Below are positions 24,001-39,000 of a DNA stretch of 64,000 nucleotides, in pieces. The stretch's first letter is position 1. Each line of letters starts with the position of its first letter. The position numbers and the translations under genes were made by a program. The notes below the pieces were generated by a model. That model did not search any database, was not told the origin of the DNA, and saw only the letters and a list, made by a program, of their open reading frames with translations. Origin of the DNA: Mobula hypostoma (Eukaryota); the NCBI RefSeq assembly GCF_963921235.1, contig NC_086097.1, positions 94,118,001-94,182,000 of the forward strand, written 5' to 3'.

Positions 24001-27000
24001 TTAAAAGCCAGACCACTTTCACTTGTGAAGCGCATAATGCAAAGGGAGTTGCCGTCTCCAGGACAGCGAGCGCCTATGTCAAAGGTAAGTTTAGAGTCAC
24101 ACTTAATCCACTGCAGTTCAGCCCCACTACTCAACCCATAATTCTGTTCTTCACTTGACCACTCCAATGTTCTCCTAGTCTGACTTCCGTAAACCAGCCT
24201 TCCCTCCATGGACTGTCCACACTTCTCACTGCCAACAACTGACATGATGTGCAGTGACAGACGACTGCAACCACATCCAGAGGAACGACAGACTCCCATG
24301 TTGAGATAGAAACAAGAATTTATTCATAGGAATTCCAACACTACATCGGTGGCTCGACCGAGTGACATAGCCAGCCAGATCATTCTCAAAACACACAGGG
24401 ACCCCGCAATCTGCACCAACTGGGAGTCCACTGGGAATAAGTGCAGTACGCTGAAAACCCGTGCCAGTCAAAATAAACTTGACAAGATTAAACAAAAGGC
24501 AGAAGTACTTAACGACTCCAGATAAGACAACAATGAACAAATGCAGATGCAAAGTGGGGCTCATGACAGTACCTCCTTCTCTAAAGCCAGCACCTGGGGA
24601 ACACGAGACAGGGCTGGGAAATTCTGGGGATGCCTACTGTGTTCATGGTGCTGAATGAATGAAAGATGTTCCTCATATTTTGATCCTCTGGGTGATTTCC
24701 AACATTCTCTTTAATTTTACATTTAAGCGCTTCCTCTGCTAGATCACCTTTCAATACTCGATCTCCTGTTAGGGAATGAGACAGAGCGGTTGAGAGATGT
24801 TGGTGTAACGAACACTTTGCACCTCATGATCATAATGCCATTAACTTCAAGATAATTGTGGAGAAGGATAGGTCTGGTCCTTGGGTTGAGATTCAAAATT
24901 GGAGAAAGGCCAATTTTGATGGTAACGGAAAGGATCTGGCAAGTGTGGATTGGGACAGGCTGTTTTCTGGCAAAGGTGTTCTTGGTAAGTGGGAGGCCTT
25001 CAAAGTGAGGCCTCTCAAAGTGAAATTTTGAGAGTACAGAGTTTGTATGTTCCGGTCAGAATAAAGGGCAAGCATAACAGGTTTAGGGCACCTTGGTTTT
25101 TGAGAAGTATTGAGGCCCTGGTTAAGAAAAAGGAGGTGCATTGCAGCAAGGAGCAAATGAGGTTCTTGAGGAGTATAGGAAATGCAAGAGGACACTTAAG
25201 AAGGAAATTGCGAGGGTTAAAACAAGGCATGAGGTTGCTCTAGCAGACAAGTTGACAGAGGGCAATTAAGAACAAGAGACAAAATTAATCTTGAAGATCA
25301 GAGTGATCACCTGTGCATGGAGCCGAAAGAAATAGGAGAGATCTTGAATGGATTTTTTGTATCTGTTTACTCGTGAGATGAACACAGAAATAAAGTGAGG
25401 CAAAATAGCAGGGAGGTCTTGGACCGCACAGGTATTACAGAGGAGGAGGTGTTTACTGTCTTGAGAAAAAATTAGGGTGGATAAATCCCCAGGGTCTGAC
25501 AATGCGCTCCAATGTGGGAGGCAAGGGTAGAAATTGCAGAGGCCCTAGCAGAGTCCTTAGCCACAGGTAATGTGCTGGATGATTGGGGGATAGGTAGTGT
25601 TGTTCCATTGTTTAAGAAGAGATCTAAGAATAAGCCATGAAATTATAGACCAGTGAGTCTGACATCAGTAGTGTGTAAGTTATTGGAAGGTATTCTAAGG
25701 GACCGGATATGCAAGTGTTTTAATAGAATGGGACTGATTAGGGATAGTTAACATAGTTTTGTCTATGGTAGGTCGTGTTGAACCAGTCTTAGTGTTTTTC
25801 AAGTAAGTTACCAGGAAAAGTTGGTGAAGGCAAAGTTCAAAATAATTTTATTGTCTGAGTAAATATATGTCATTGTATACAGCCCCGAGACCCATCTTCT
25901 TGCAGGCATTCACAGTAAGTACAAAGAGAAAAAGAAAGAATAAATAAGCAATGTATATCAAGAACATGAGATGAAGACTTCTTGAAAGTGATTCCATAGG
26001 TTACGGGAGCAGTTCAGTGAGTGAAGTTATCCCCTCTGCTTCAAGAGCCTAATAGTTTAGGGGTAATAACTGTCCCTGAACCTGGTGATGTAAGTCCTCA
26101 GGCTCCTGTACCTTCTTCCTGATGTTAGTAGTGAGAAGAGAGCATGGCCTAGATGGTGTGTGTCCTTGATGATGGATGCTGCTTTCCTGTGACAGCACTC
26201 AATGTAGATGTGCTCAGTGGTGTAGTGAGCTTTACCCGGGGTGGACTAGGCTGTGTCCATTACCTTCTATAGGATTTTTTATTTAAGGGCATTGGTGTTT
26301 CCATACTAGGCATTGATGCATCCACTCAATATACTCTCCATCGCACAGCTATAGAAATTTGTCAAAGTTTGAAATGGGCATGCTGAGTCTTTGCAAATTT
26401 CTAAGAAAGTAAAGGCGCTTCCATGGTTTCTTTGTAGTGTCTCTTGTGCACTGGACCCAGGCAATGGGTGTTGTCTACATGGACTTTAGCAAGGCCTTTG
26501 ACAAGTTACCACATGGGAGGTTGGTCAAGGAGAGTCAAACATTCAAGATGAGGTAGTAAATTGGAATAGACATTGGCTTTGTGGGGGAAGCAAGAGAGTG
26601 GTAGAAGATGGCTGCCTCTCTGACTGGAGGCCTGTGATTAGTGGTGCACAGCAGGAATTAATACTGGGTCCATTGTTTGTCATCTATGATCCAGGTCAAT
26701 GATCTGGATGTTAATGTAGTAAATTGGATCAGCAAATTTGCGGATGACACCAAGACTGGGGGCATAGTTGACAGCGAGGAAGGCTGTCAAAGCTTGCAGT
26801 GGGATCTGGACCAGCTGGGAAAACAGGTTAAAAAACGACAAATGGCATTAAGTGCATGTAAGTGTGTGGTGTTGCACATTGGGAGGACAAACCAGGAAAG
26901 TATTTACATGGTGAGTGATGTGGTACTGAGGAGTGCATAGAATGGAGGGATCTGGAAATGCAGATCCATAATTCCTTGAAAGTGGTGTCACAGGTTGAAA

Positions 27001-30000
27001 AAGTTTGTCACATTGGCCTTCATAAATCCAACTATTGAGTACAGGATTTGGGATGTTATGCTGAAGTTGTATAGTATGGGGTATTGGGTACATTATTGGT
27101 CACTTACCCATAGGAAGGCTGTCAATAAGATTGACCGAGTACAGAGAGAGTTTGCAAGGACGTTGCCAGGACCTGAGAACCTGAGGAAGCTTGAATAGGT
27201 TAGAACTTTATTCTTTAGAGCATAGAAGGATGAAGGGGGATTTGATAGAGGTGTACAAGATTATGGGGGTATGGATAGGGTAAGCAGGGTTTTTATACTG
27301 AGGTTGGGTGAGGCTAGAACCAGAGGTCATGTGTAAAGGGTGAAAGGTGAAATGTTTAAAAGGATCCTGAGGTGGAATACCTTCACTCAGAGGCTGGTGA
27401 GAGTGTAGAACGAGCTGTCAGTGGAACTGCTGGATGCTGGATTGAATTCAACATTGAAGAGGAATTTGTAAACATTTTAGAGAAACCTGGGTGGAAGGTG
27501 TATTGAGGGCTATGGTCTGAGTGTGAGTTGATGGGACTAAGCAAATAAATAGTTTCACATGGACTAGATGGGCTGAAGGGCCTGTTTCTCTGCTGTTGTG
27601 TTCTACGACTCTAAACCCCCTTCATTTCCCTTTATTCTCCTCCATTTTCCTCTTACCCGTCTCTGTATAAATTACCCCTGTTCTTCATCCTCTCCTTTTC
27701 TTCATCTTCCTGATTTTGTTCCAGACCCTGGTTCCACACCCTTCTTCGATGGGACTTGCCAAAGTTCAAAGTATCTCAAAATTCAGGTGCCTCAGGGTCA
27801 GCTTTCAAGTCCTGTCACTTCATTTGGGTTCCAATAGGGTTTTAATTTTATACCCGTGAATATATACTTTCTTCTTCCTTTCCTCCTTTTTCCATGTAAT
27901 CTCATTCCTCTTATTCCTTCCTCTGTTCCTTACTTTATCCTCCTTCCTTTTTCCTTTCTCCTCACTTTCTTAATTCATTCTTTGTTCTAGTACTTCCATC
28001 CATGTTTCTTCCCCCTTTCTATTCTCAACTCTTCCTTTACTTTGTCATTCATTCACTCCTTTTGCTCCTCTTTCCTCTATTCCTCCCTCCTTTTCTCCTC
28101 CTCATCTACCTTTCTAATTCTTCCACTCATCACTCCCCACTTCTCCATTTTAATGCTGTTTTGCACTTTATGGTAATTGTTGGACCCCAGAATCCGATTT
28201 ATAACATGAAATTTCGCAGCAGCAGTGCAATGCGGACACAAGGAAGCTATACATCACAAAACTTAATACATGGGTCATAAGAAGAAAGTTGAGGGAGTGT
28301 CCACGGGCCATTCAGAAATGTGATGGTGAAGGGGGCCTGTGTGGAGGAAGAGGAGGAGGAGGTGCATCTCTTTAATGGAGGACAATCGGTAATTGGTTTA
28401 TTATTGTCACAAGTACCGAGATACAGTAGAAAACTTAGTTTCACCATTCCATCCACACAGATCATTCCATACATGAGTGTATCAAGATAGAACAAATGGA
28501 AAGTCATCAGCGCAATGCTGAAGAAAGTGTTACAGTTACAGAGAAAGTGCAGTTCAGGGGGACAATAAGGTGCAGGGCCCCTGACAAGGTAAGGTGAGAA
28601 ATTGGGTGTTTGACTTTACTATGCAAGAGGACTGTTGAGAATCCTATAACTGTGGAATGAGCCTGGTTGTGTGAATTCTCAAGCTTTTATATATTCAGCC
28701 TTGTGACAGGGGAGAAGAGAGAATAACCAGAGTGAGGGAAGGTCCTGGATTATGTTGGCTGCTTTGCTGAAGCAGTAGGAAGTGTAGACTGAGGCTGCTT
28801 TTTGTAATGGGCTGAGCTGTGTTCATTGCTCTTTCCAGTTTCTTTTGGCTGACTCAGCCTGGGAAAGCTGAGATCACATGATTTCTGAGTGTTGACTGTT
28901 TGGGTCCCAGGACAGTTATGTTTACAAGATCTGACAGCGCACACAATGGACACTGTTGTGTTCTTGTCTTCAAGTTGTAAGCTGACTGTGGCCTGGATGT
29001 CGAATGTTGTTCAAAGCCTTTGTCCGAGAGACATTTTGAACATTGCGAACAAAAGCTATATATGTGGTGAGATTCTGCACGGGGCGGGAGCGGGTGTGCA
29101 ATGGATTCACTGTCAGCGAGCCAACTGTTGACCCACTTGTTCTTCAGTTTCTCCAGACAAGCCCAGCAAGCTGAGGATCGATAACCAGACATCCAACAGC
29201 GTCAGCGTCTCCTGGGCTGTCACCTTCAACGGCTTCTCATCACTACACAACTGTACGGCTCAGGTAGGCAGATTGATCATTTCAGGCAGGCAGAGTCATG
29301 TTGCAGTGCAAAGCTGCATCATCCCTTGCTGCTCTTGGCAGAGGCACGCATGGAAGTTGTGGTTAGGCTTGGTGAAAATGGAGCAAGATTCAGAAGGAAG
29401 AAAGCAGAAGCAAAATGGAAGATGAAAAATTAGTGAGTATTTCAAAGTCGGCTTTAAAATCTTTAGCATGAAAAACTTGCTTGCAGAAGCATCCCAGGCA
29501 CAGAGCATCAGATAAGCAGACTTCACAAGAAAAGCAACACACATCAAAGTTGCTGGTGAACGCAGCAGGCCAGGCAGCATCTCTGGGAAGAGGTGCAGTC
29601 GATGTTTCAGGCCGAGACCCTTCGTCAGGACTAAGAAAAGCATAAATTGAACCTGGTGGTGTGGTGCTTCTGAACCTTCAGCTCAGTGATAGTTCTGAGA
29701 AGATGGCATGGTCTGTATAGTGAGGATCTTTGATGATAGATGATCCCTTCTGAGGTCTCTCCTCGTGTAGATACTCTTGATGGTGGGGAGGGAGGTCCCA
29801 GTGATATATTGGGCTTAACCCACTACACTCTGCAGCTTGTTACCTTCCTACACATTTGAATTTCCATACCAGACCATGATGCAACCAGTCAGGATACTTT
29901 CAACAGTACATTTGCAGAAGTCTGTTAGTGTTTGGGGAACACATTTAACAACGAGGAATCAAAGGTAGGAAAAAGGAAGGAGCCTATGTATAACAGCATA

Positions 30001-33000
30001 CGCCCAAATGCAAGGAGCACAGTGAGTGTGGCTTGTCAGCCAAAGGTGCTGATAGCTACATGGAAGTGTGTATGGGACTGTAGCTATTAACTGAAACACA
30101 TCTAGAGGGGCAGAGGTGACTGAAGCACTGTAGAGCCCTTCAAATTTGAGAAAGGCATAAGCAAGGAGAGGAGATGGCAATATTTGTTAAAGCGGTAATC
30201 AAAGTTGTGAGAATGGATGGGATAAGAAAGGAGAGGAGAGGGCAATATTTGTTAAGCCATAATCAAAGCCTCTTGGGAGTTTCTTTAATTTGAAGTGCCA
30301 GTGTTATCTCATAGTCCCACACAACCTGCTGGAGGAACACAGCAGGTCAGGCAGCATTTAAGGAAGGAAATGGGTGGTCAATGTTTTGGGTCACGATCCT
30401 TCATCAGGACTGAGTTATTTCACAGCCTCTATTTTCCAATGTTCCTCAAAATAGGATCCTTAAACTTCCTATACCTTAGGTGTTAAAACTTCCTATACTT
30501 GAGACAAATCATCAGGTGAGGCATTGTGGATTGAATTAAAAAAAATGGGGGTGAGCACGCAGCAGGGAGTCCACGACAGATCTGCATGGTTCCAAGGGGA
30601 ATGGAAGCTTTTATATATTCAGCCTTGTGACAGGCGAGAAGAGAGAATAACCAGATGAGGGAAGGTCCTGGATTATGTTGACTGCTTTGCTGAAGCAGCA
30701 GGAAGTGTTTCTGCCAATGCAATATCAGCTGGTGGTCATAGTAGGAGATTTCAATTATCCTAATAACTGGGATAGTCAGGGTAAAGGAGAGCGAAGGTAC
30801 AGAATTCTATTTCAGGAGAACTCTTATTTGCCAGTTCAAAAAGGTGGGATGAGAATGAATGGGTATGGGGACCAATTCTGGATTTAGTGTTAGGGAATTA
30901 AGTAGGAGAATCTTCTTTAGTGATTATAACTCAGTTATATTTAGCATAATTACAGAAAGAGCCAGGTGAAACATTTAAGGGGAACTTCTTCACTCAGTGC
31001 ATGGTACAAGTGTGGAACGAGCTGCCGGTGGCAGTGGTGGATACGGATTTGATTGCAACATTTAAGAGAAGCCTGGACAATTACATGGAATGGGGAGTGT
31101 AAAATTATCAGTTGGGGTTAGGCCAACTTCACTAGGCTGTGAAGTGATTTAGCAGAAGTGGACAGGAAACAGTTGCTTGAAGGTTTTGGGAATTGAGAAG
31201 GAGATTCCAAAGGTTCTGGATAAACATGTTCCTGCAAAGAATAAGAGTTAAACTGCAAAATGTAGGATAAAATGAACCTTGCGCCAGAAAACAAGAGTTT
31301 ACCACCTAAGGTATAGGAAGTTTAAGGATCTTATTTCGAGGAACATTGGAAAATAGAGACTGGGAAATAACTCAGTCCTGATGAAGGATCGTGACCAAAA
31401 ACATTGACCATCCAATTCCTTCCTTAGATTCAGCCTGACCTGCTGTGTTCTTCCAGCAGGTTGTGTGGGGCTGTGAAATAATACTGGCACTTCAAATCAA
31501 AGAAACTCCTAAGAGGCTTTTTTGATTGTTTAATTCAAAATTTGAGAGAGTTCCAGGACACGCGTGTAAAGTAGAACAATATAATTGCAATTCTGGTTCT
31601 GATTCATCACAGACAAAACCACAATTAGATAAAGAACCACAATAAACCAATAATAAAAACCACAATAAACATAAATACGTAACAGAGCTTGCACAGTATA
31701 CACAGATTGGTGGTACGTCCATAAAGCAGAGCTAAGCACAGCAGGTGACTGACAGGAAATGATAAAGTAGTGGAGTGATGGGCTCGTGGGTGGAGGTGTT
31801 GATCAGCCTTACTGCTTGAATTTTAAATTGAACAATATTGATGAGCCAGGGAAGAGTGAGGTTTATTAGGGATCAATAAGATCCAATCTGCATGGAGCGA
31901 GGATGCAATAAGTTTCCCAATGGTGACTTTGCACCTGCTGATGTGTTTATCATGAAGGAATGTGAAGTATTGGATGGGTTACACAGAGTGAAAAAGCGAG
32001 TATTGAGTTAGCCCTGTTGGATGTGAACACATTGGTAAGCACGGATGAACTGTATCCCAGGCTGACAAATGAAGCCAGGAGGAAACGTGGAGATTCTAAC
32101 TATTATTTTTGAATCCTCTATGGGTATAGGAGTGGTTCAAAGTTCAAAGTGTGTATACTATATACAACTTTGAGATCTGTCTCCTTACAGGCAGCCACTA
32201 AACAAAGAAACCCAATAGAGCTCGTTTTCTTTTTAAAAAGGCTGTCAAACACCCAAAGTGCAGAGAGAAAAAAAAACAATTGAGCAAAGAATAGAAGTAA
32301 GCAACTAACATTCAGGACTGAAGTTCACAAAAGTGAGTCCTCAGCCACGAAGCTAATCATCGCTGCCACTGAGCCACAGCCTCAGTTCTGTGTAGAGGCA
32401 AGTAAGCCTCACGGAACAATGAACGGAATCGGCCTGTCCCTCACATCCAGCCCCGATACCCTGACCTTTTCAATCTGCCCTGGTGCTTAAATCGTCCAAA
32501 CCTCATGTTGTTGCTTGATCTCAGACCCGGGCCCTGCTGCTCTGTTATACCCTCAGGCCTGGGCCCCTCTGCCTCGATTTGGCTTGTACCCGAAGGGATT
32601 GGGGGCCTGCCAATGTTGTACCTTTGTTTAAAAGAGAAGACAGGATAAATCAAATAATTGAAACCTAGTTTGTTCAGTGGTGGCAAACTATGGAATCAAT
32701 TTGGTGTATTGATTTTATTAAGTCCATTGATAATTTCCCCTAGCGGAAAGATGGCAGGCATGGGATTTAGGGTAGCTTGGTTGTGTGGATGCAGAATTGA
32801 CTTGCCTGCAGTAGAAGGCAGAGGGTAGTATTAGATGGAGTGTATTCTGCTTGTTGGTCGGTGACCAGTGATGTTCCACAGGGATCTGTTCTGGGACCGC
32901 CTGCTCCTGGTGATTACTTAGATGAGGGAGTGAAAGGGTAAGTTAGTACGTTTGAAGATGAGACCAAGGTTGGTGGAGTTGTGGATACTGTGGAGGGTTG

Positions 33001-36000
33001 TTGTAGGCTGCTGTAGGACATTGTTGGAATGCAGAGCTGGGCTGATTGAGTTAACCCAGAAAAGTGAGATAGTTTATTTTGGAAGGTCCAATCTGAAGGC
33101 ACAATACAGGGTTAATGGCAGGATTCTTGGCAGTATGGAGGGATGTCCATGTGCATAGATCCCACAACTTTGCCATGAAAGTTGATGGGGTGGTTAAGAA
33201 GACTTGTGTGTTGGCCTTCATTAGTCAGGGGATTCAGTTCAGGAGCTGTGAGATAATGTTGCAGCTCTATAAAACTCTGGTTTGAAGTATTGTTTTCAGT
33301 TCTGGTCACCTCGTTATAGGAAGGATGTGGATGCTTTGGAGAGGGCACAGAGGAGATTTACCAGCATAGTGCCTGGATTAGAGAGTGTGTCTTGAGTGAG
33401 CTAGGGCTTTTGAGTGAAGGAGGATGAGAGGTGACTTGACAGAGGTGATACGAGGAATAGATTAAGTGGACCGCCAGAGCCTTTTTCCCAAGGCAGAAAT
33501 GGCTAATACAAGGGTGCTTAATTTTAAGGTGATTGGAGGAAAGTATAGGAGGAATGTCAGAGATAAGATCTTTACACAGAGTGCTGGATGCATGGAACAC
33601 CCAGCCAGGGGTAGTGATAGAGGCAGATATATTAGGGGCAATTAGGAATCTGTTAGATAGGCACATAGATAAAAAAAGGAGGGCTATCTAGGAGAGAAGA
33701 GTTGGGTTGATTTTAGAATAGGTTAAAAGGTTAGCAGAACATTGTGGGCTGAAGGGCCTGTGCTGTGCCGTAATGTTCTGTGTTCTTTGTTCGAATAAGG
33801 AACAGCATAGGTTAATTGGACTAAGATGGTGACAATTATAGAAGTGAGCCAGTAGCTTGCAGTGTATGTGCACAGATGTCGCAGTTCTGCTCAGTAAGGA
33901 AATCAATAAGGAATACTTCTTTTTATTATCAGTGATTGCAAGAACTAGGACTGCTTACAGCACTATTTACACCACGGCTTTAATACTGCAAGATGTGCTG
34001 GTACTGGCAAGCGTGCAGAGAGGATTTATGAGGATGTTCTCAGGACCTGAAGGCTATAGTAATGGGAAGAGCTTGGACAGGCTGTGATTATTTCTTTAAA
34101 ATGGATGAGGCTGAGGGGAGACTTTACTGAAGAATATAACACTGAGGGGCCCAGGTAGGTTAAGTCTATTTCCCGTAGCACATGGATCATGTCCCAGAGG
34201 ATTTAAAGTAGTTGCTGGAGTGCTTTGAAAGGGAACAGAGAGAAATACTATTTACCCATGGGGATGGGGAGGGTCTGAATTTCACTGCCTGAAGGGGCAA
34301 GGATCCCTTGTATTAGCCATTTCTGCCTTGTGAAAAAGGCTCTGGCTGTCCACTCAATCTATGCCTAAAGGATTGAAACCCCCATTATATTTTAACACAA
34401 CCTGGGTTGTGAATAGGTTCCCTATTTGCAGAAGTTAATTCAAGCAATTTTGTTCACAAGGTGGACGGTGCATGGAATTGGCCAATCTGGTAACCATGCC
34501 ACCTCAGTGTTGTAAGGAATGGTGTCAGAAGTACTGATGAGAACAATTACTGAAAGTGGGGAGAGTGGAAACTACTGCTGTTTGTAGGAACGAACATGTG
34601 TATATACATTAGACTTCTGAATTTAACAATATAATGGGAGCTCCTTCTTATCTGGGGATGTCCATAAATCATAAGTTTATAACTTAAGAACAGCCTTGAA
34701 ATTTGGAACGTTACCTTGAAGTTTATTCATGAAGTTTACCTTGTTACTCCTTTTTTTTGTTGCATTATTTATTTTTGTAATTTTATGCCTTTGCACAGTA
34801 CTGCTGCCGTAAAACAACAAACTTCCCGTCCTGTTAGTCAGCAATGATAAAATCTGACTATGAAGTGTCCTGGACCCAGTGCTGGGAGGGTAGTTTGTTT
34901 TTGACCAGTTCAGAGATGATGGGTGAATGGCCTTTTTCTAGACCATGACTTCTCTTTGATTCTGCATTCAGTCTGAGAGTTGACAGTGAATGGGGGAGGA
35001 GGTCAGGGGGGTCAGCAACAAAATTCAGGCCTAGAATTGCTGGTGGATCTAGTTAAGGAAGAAAATATTTTATATTTGTATGTAGGTTTTCACAACCTCA
35101 TTCCCAAGTCTCCACTCAACTCATTAAATGTCTTTGGAATATAATTACAATGGAAATATGGCCGATTGCACAAAGAACAATGCATTGACGGTCAGATTTT
35201 TAGTGAAATTATTTGAAGGATAATTACTGGCCAAGTTAATGCGGTGAACACCATCGCCAGCTCCTATTTTTAAAAAAAAGTGAAATGAGATTGTTTGCAT
35301 CCAATGCAAGGGAAGTTTGTGCCTCAGTTTAACAAACTGGAGAGGTTTCTGAAGGAGATGATGGCTGAAGAGATTCCAGAGCAACAACCAGTGAAGTCTG
35401 AAGATAGCCAGCTTGTAACAACAGAACAGCAGGACTGTCAACCTAAGGAGTCAAAGTGCCTTCAGACCCTAGGATGCCATCCTTTTATGCCACGGACCCT
35501 TACCATTAACTGAGGGGGCCACGGACTCCAGGTTGGGAGACCCTGCTTTAAATGAAACTCCAAGAGGAAGAGGTTTGTCAAGTTACACAAAACATTCAGT
35601 CTGGGACAATACTTTATGCAAACCTTTGTGTATTGTAAGGGTGATGCCGAAGGTATTCTGCGTATTTTGGAGGAGTGTACTCCTGTGGGTAGGAGTGGTG
35701 GGTTCCTGGTGGTAGTGAAAAGACAGCTGGGTGTAGTGACCCCAGAGACTAGCATGCCTTGGCAAAGGTTTTGGAGACAGGACGCGGTTAATGGTAGAAC
35801 GGAGAGAGAAAACAGAAGGAAGAGGCTAGGAGAAATTTGATCTTCATCCTCCCGTAAACCACAACCATGGTTCATTCCAACAGTGGGCACTTTGTGTTGG
35901 TGATGGCAGGGCTGCAGCTGTGGATGAGTCTCCCCTGGCCAGATGTGGGCACTCCTGCTACGGTCCCAAGGAAAGTGAACACGAAGAGGTTTAGCTTGGA

Positions 36001-39000
36001 TGAATGAACGACCACCTCGCTGTGGTGCTCGCCCTCGACCACCTCACTGAAATGCCAGCAGAGGTGTTATTGCTGATCAGTCTTGATTAATTTTGTACTC
36101 CTCATTTACCAGCACAAGCACATGCATCAGTCTTTGTTGCTTAGCAACTGCTGTAGCCACGATTTTACAGACAGGACCGTTCTGATGTGTCTAACACTCG
36201 AAGGGAGGTCTATGACTTAACATCAAGTCAGCCCTTGTACTTTAACCCTAGTTTATGGCCAGGTATTTCGTGGTCAGCGGACATGACCAAGGCATTTGAT
36301 GATACCTAATGAGCTCTTTCTAATGCGACCCTACTGGCGCACCCGCTCCCGGACACACCCAAGCTACTGATGCTTCGGACTACGCGGTGGATGCTGTGCA
36401 GGAACAGTTGGTCAGAGGCGTGTGGCAGCCGCTCGCTTTCTTCAGCCGGCAACTCCATGCGCCCAAAAGGAAGCACAGCACCTTCGACCGTGAGCTTTGA
36501 GGTCTCTATCTGGCTGTCCGCCATTTTCATTTTCTTCTAGAGGGTCGCCATTTCACAGCATTCATTGACAACAAACCCTTCATGCATGCAATGGCCGAAG
36601 TATCAGACCCTTGGAATGCACAGCAGCAACACCACCTGGCCTACACATCTGCAAACTGGAGACAGACTGTTTTCAACTCCATATGCAGCAAGTGCCTTGC
36701 TCAAGGACACAACACGCTGCCTCAGCTGAGGCTCAAACTGGCGACCTTCAGATCACTAGACCGACGCCTTAACCACTTGGCCACGCGCCATGCAAGTAAG
36801 TGGGAATGAACCACATTTTGTGAAAAATACACGAATTTGTTAAAAAAGTGCCTCTCGCATCCAGGCCAGAAGGCTTCACGGAAACTGGCTGCACTGGTTT
36901 GCGTGGCATGACATCAGAAAGGATGTGTGTGATTGGACTGTATCCTGTGTGGAGTGCCAGCGGGCAAAAATTAACCGTCATGTTCAAGCACCATTGGCAC
37001 CTTTTGAGATCCCTAAGGAACGGTTTAACCATGTAAATGTGGACCTTGTTGGTCCTCATTTCCACTCCTCAACCCCCCATCCCCTGTGGTTTCACACACC
37101 TTATCCTGGTAGACTGCCACCAGGTGGTGAGAAGTTGTTCCCCGATCATCGACAGCCACAGACGTGGCTCGGAAATTCACCAGTTCCTGAGTTGCTCAGT
37201 TTGGTACCCCATCCGATATTTCCTCAGATCACTGTCCCCAATTCATAGCAGACCTCTGGGTTGTAATGTCCCAGAACCTCGTGGTGTATCATCTGCAATC
37301 CGATGTCCCATGCGAGCATTTTCACTGCTCTTTAAAAGGCTGTTCCGAGGGCTTCCCTGACCAATGAGTGCTGGCATAATCATCTCCTGTGGGTCCTGCT
37401 GGGGCTCAATGGTTCCAAAAGAGGATGCAGTCATCCGTGGCTGAGTTGGTATATGGGCAGCCGTTACGAGTGCCAGGTGATTTCTGATTCCTGATTCTAC
37501 GACTGCCTGGTCAGCCTCACAACAACATTCCACCCTGTCAGTAAATTCAATTCCTTTTCACCTATTCCTACATCCCATCTTAGTGTACAGCGCTCTTGGG
37601 TTCCTGTTGACCTACGTTCCACCTCGTTTGTTTTCATCCGCCATGATGCATACCAATATCCACTTAGGCCCCCTTACCCCTGGCCATGAGAGTGTCAATG
37701 CACCCCTGACCAAGCCAGAGGCACCAGTGGTTGCTCCACTGATGGGACACAGGACCCGAGCTGTGTAGGGTAATGTATTAGGGAGAAATGTACATAATTC
37801 ACGGCCACCGACTTTGAGTTGGGGTGTCACTTTAAGAGGCTGGTCTGACATGATGATGTTGTTACGTAGCGTGTTTTTGTGTTTAGGTTTTGGAGTTCAA
37901 TAAAATGTGTTATGGGCTTCATTAGACATAAAATGACCTCACTCTCTTTTATTTGCAAAAACCTATGACGACTCTTTACAGAGGATGCCGGAATTGAACT
38001 CTGAACTCCAGCACCCTGAGCTGTAGTATTGTCATGCTAACCACTACGCTACTGTGGCTCTGTCCCTGCGACACCAGAGACGTGAGGTGCACGTGTGGCA
38101 GGGCATTCGGACCATAATGGATTACAAGTCCGCCCTGCATTTCAAAGACAGTGATGCTTCTCTCCCCGATAGGCTGAATATCTTTTGTGCTCAGTTTGAT
38201 GCACGGAACGATGTGCTGGCGAGAAAGGCCCCCTTGCCCCAAGGAGCAGTCACTCTGTTTGGCCGCAGCTGATGTGAGGAAGACTCCATCCAGGGTCAGC
38301 CTAAGTAAAGCGATGGGGCCTGATAACATACCTGGTCGGGTGCTGAGGGACTGCACAGCTCAGTTAACAGACATCGTCAACATCTCTCTAAAACAATCCG
38401 CTGTCCCCACAGACCTCACGGCACCCACCATCATCCTGGGGGCGACAATAACCTGCCTTAATGACTTCTGTCCAGTGGCACTGATCCCAATGATAAAGTA
38501 CTTTGGATGTCTGGTTATGGATCACATTAAATCCCATCTTCCTGCTACAGTGGACCCTTTCCAGTTTGCTCATTGCTCAGACTCACCCACCAATGGTACC
38601 ACTCCACTCTGTCCTGATAGTGCCTCGTCCACCAGGATGCTGTTCATCAATTCTGCATGGTGATTAATACCATCATCCCTCAGAAGCTGGTGGGCAATCT
38701 GTTCTCGCTGGCCCTCAACCTCTCTCTGTAACAGAAAGTCGGTCGGTGTTGGCAGCAATGTCTCTAGCTCCATCGTGCTGAGCACTGGCGAACGCCAGAG
38801 CTGCATGCTCAGCCAGCTGCTCTTCGTGCTGCTGATCATGACTGCGCTGCTAGATCCAGTTCAAACCAAATCACCAAGCTCACCGATGACGCGGCAGCGG
38901 TGACGAGACAGCATCCAGAGCGGCTGTCAGAATGGTGCAAGCACAACAACTTGAGTCTCAGCCTGAACAAGACCAAAGAGATGATTGTGGACTTTAGGAA

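Noticed and set aside
36700..36790. tRNA-like sequence (also at 62068-62150)
   Set aside because: SINE heads with degenerate B box and attached SINE body, not tRNA genes.
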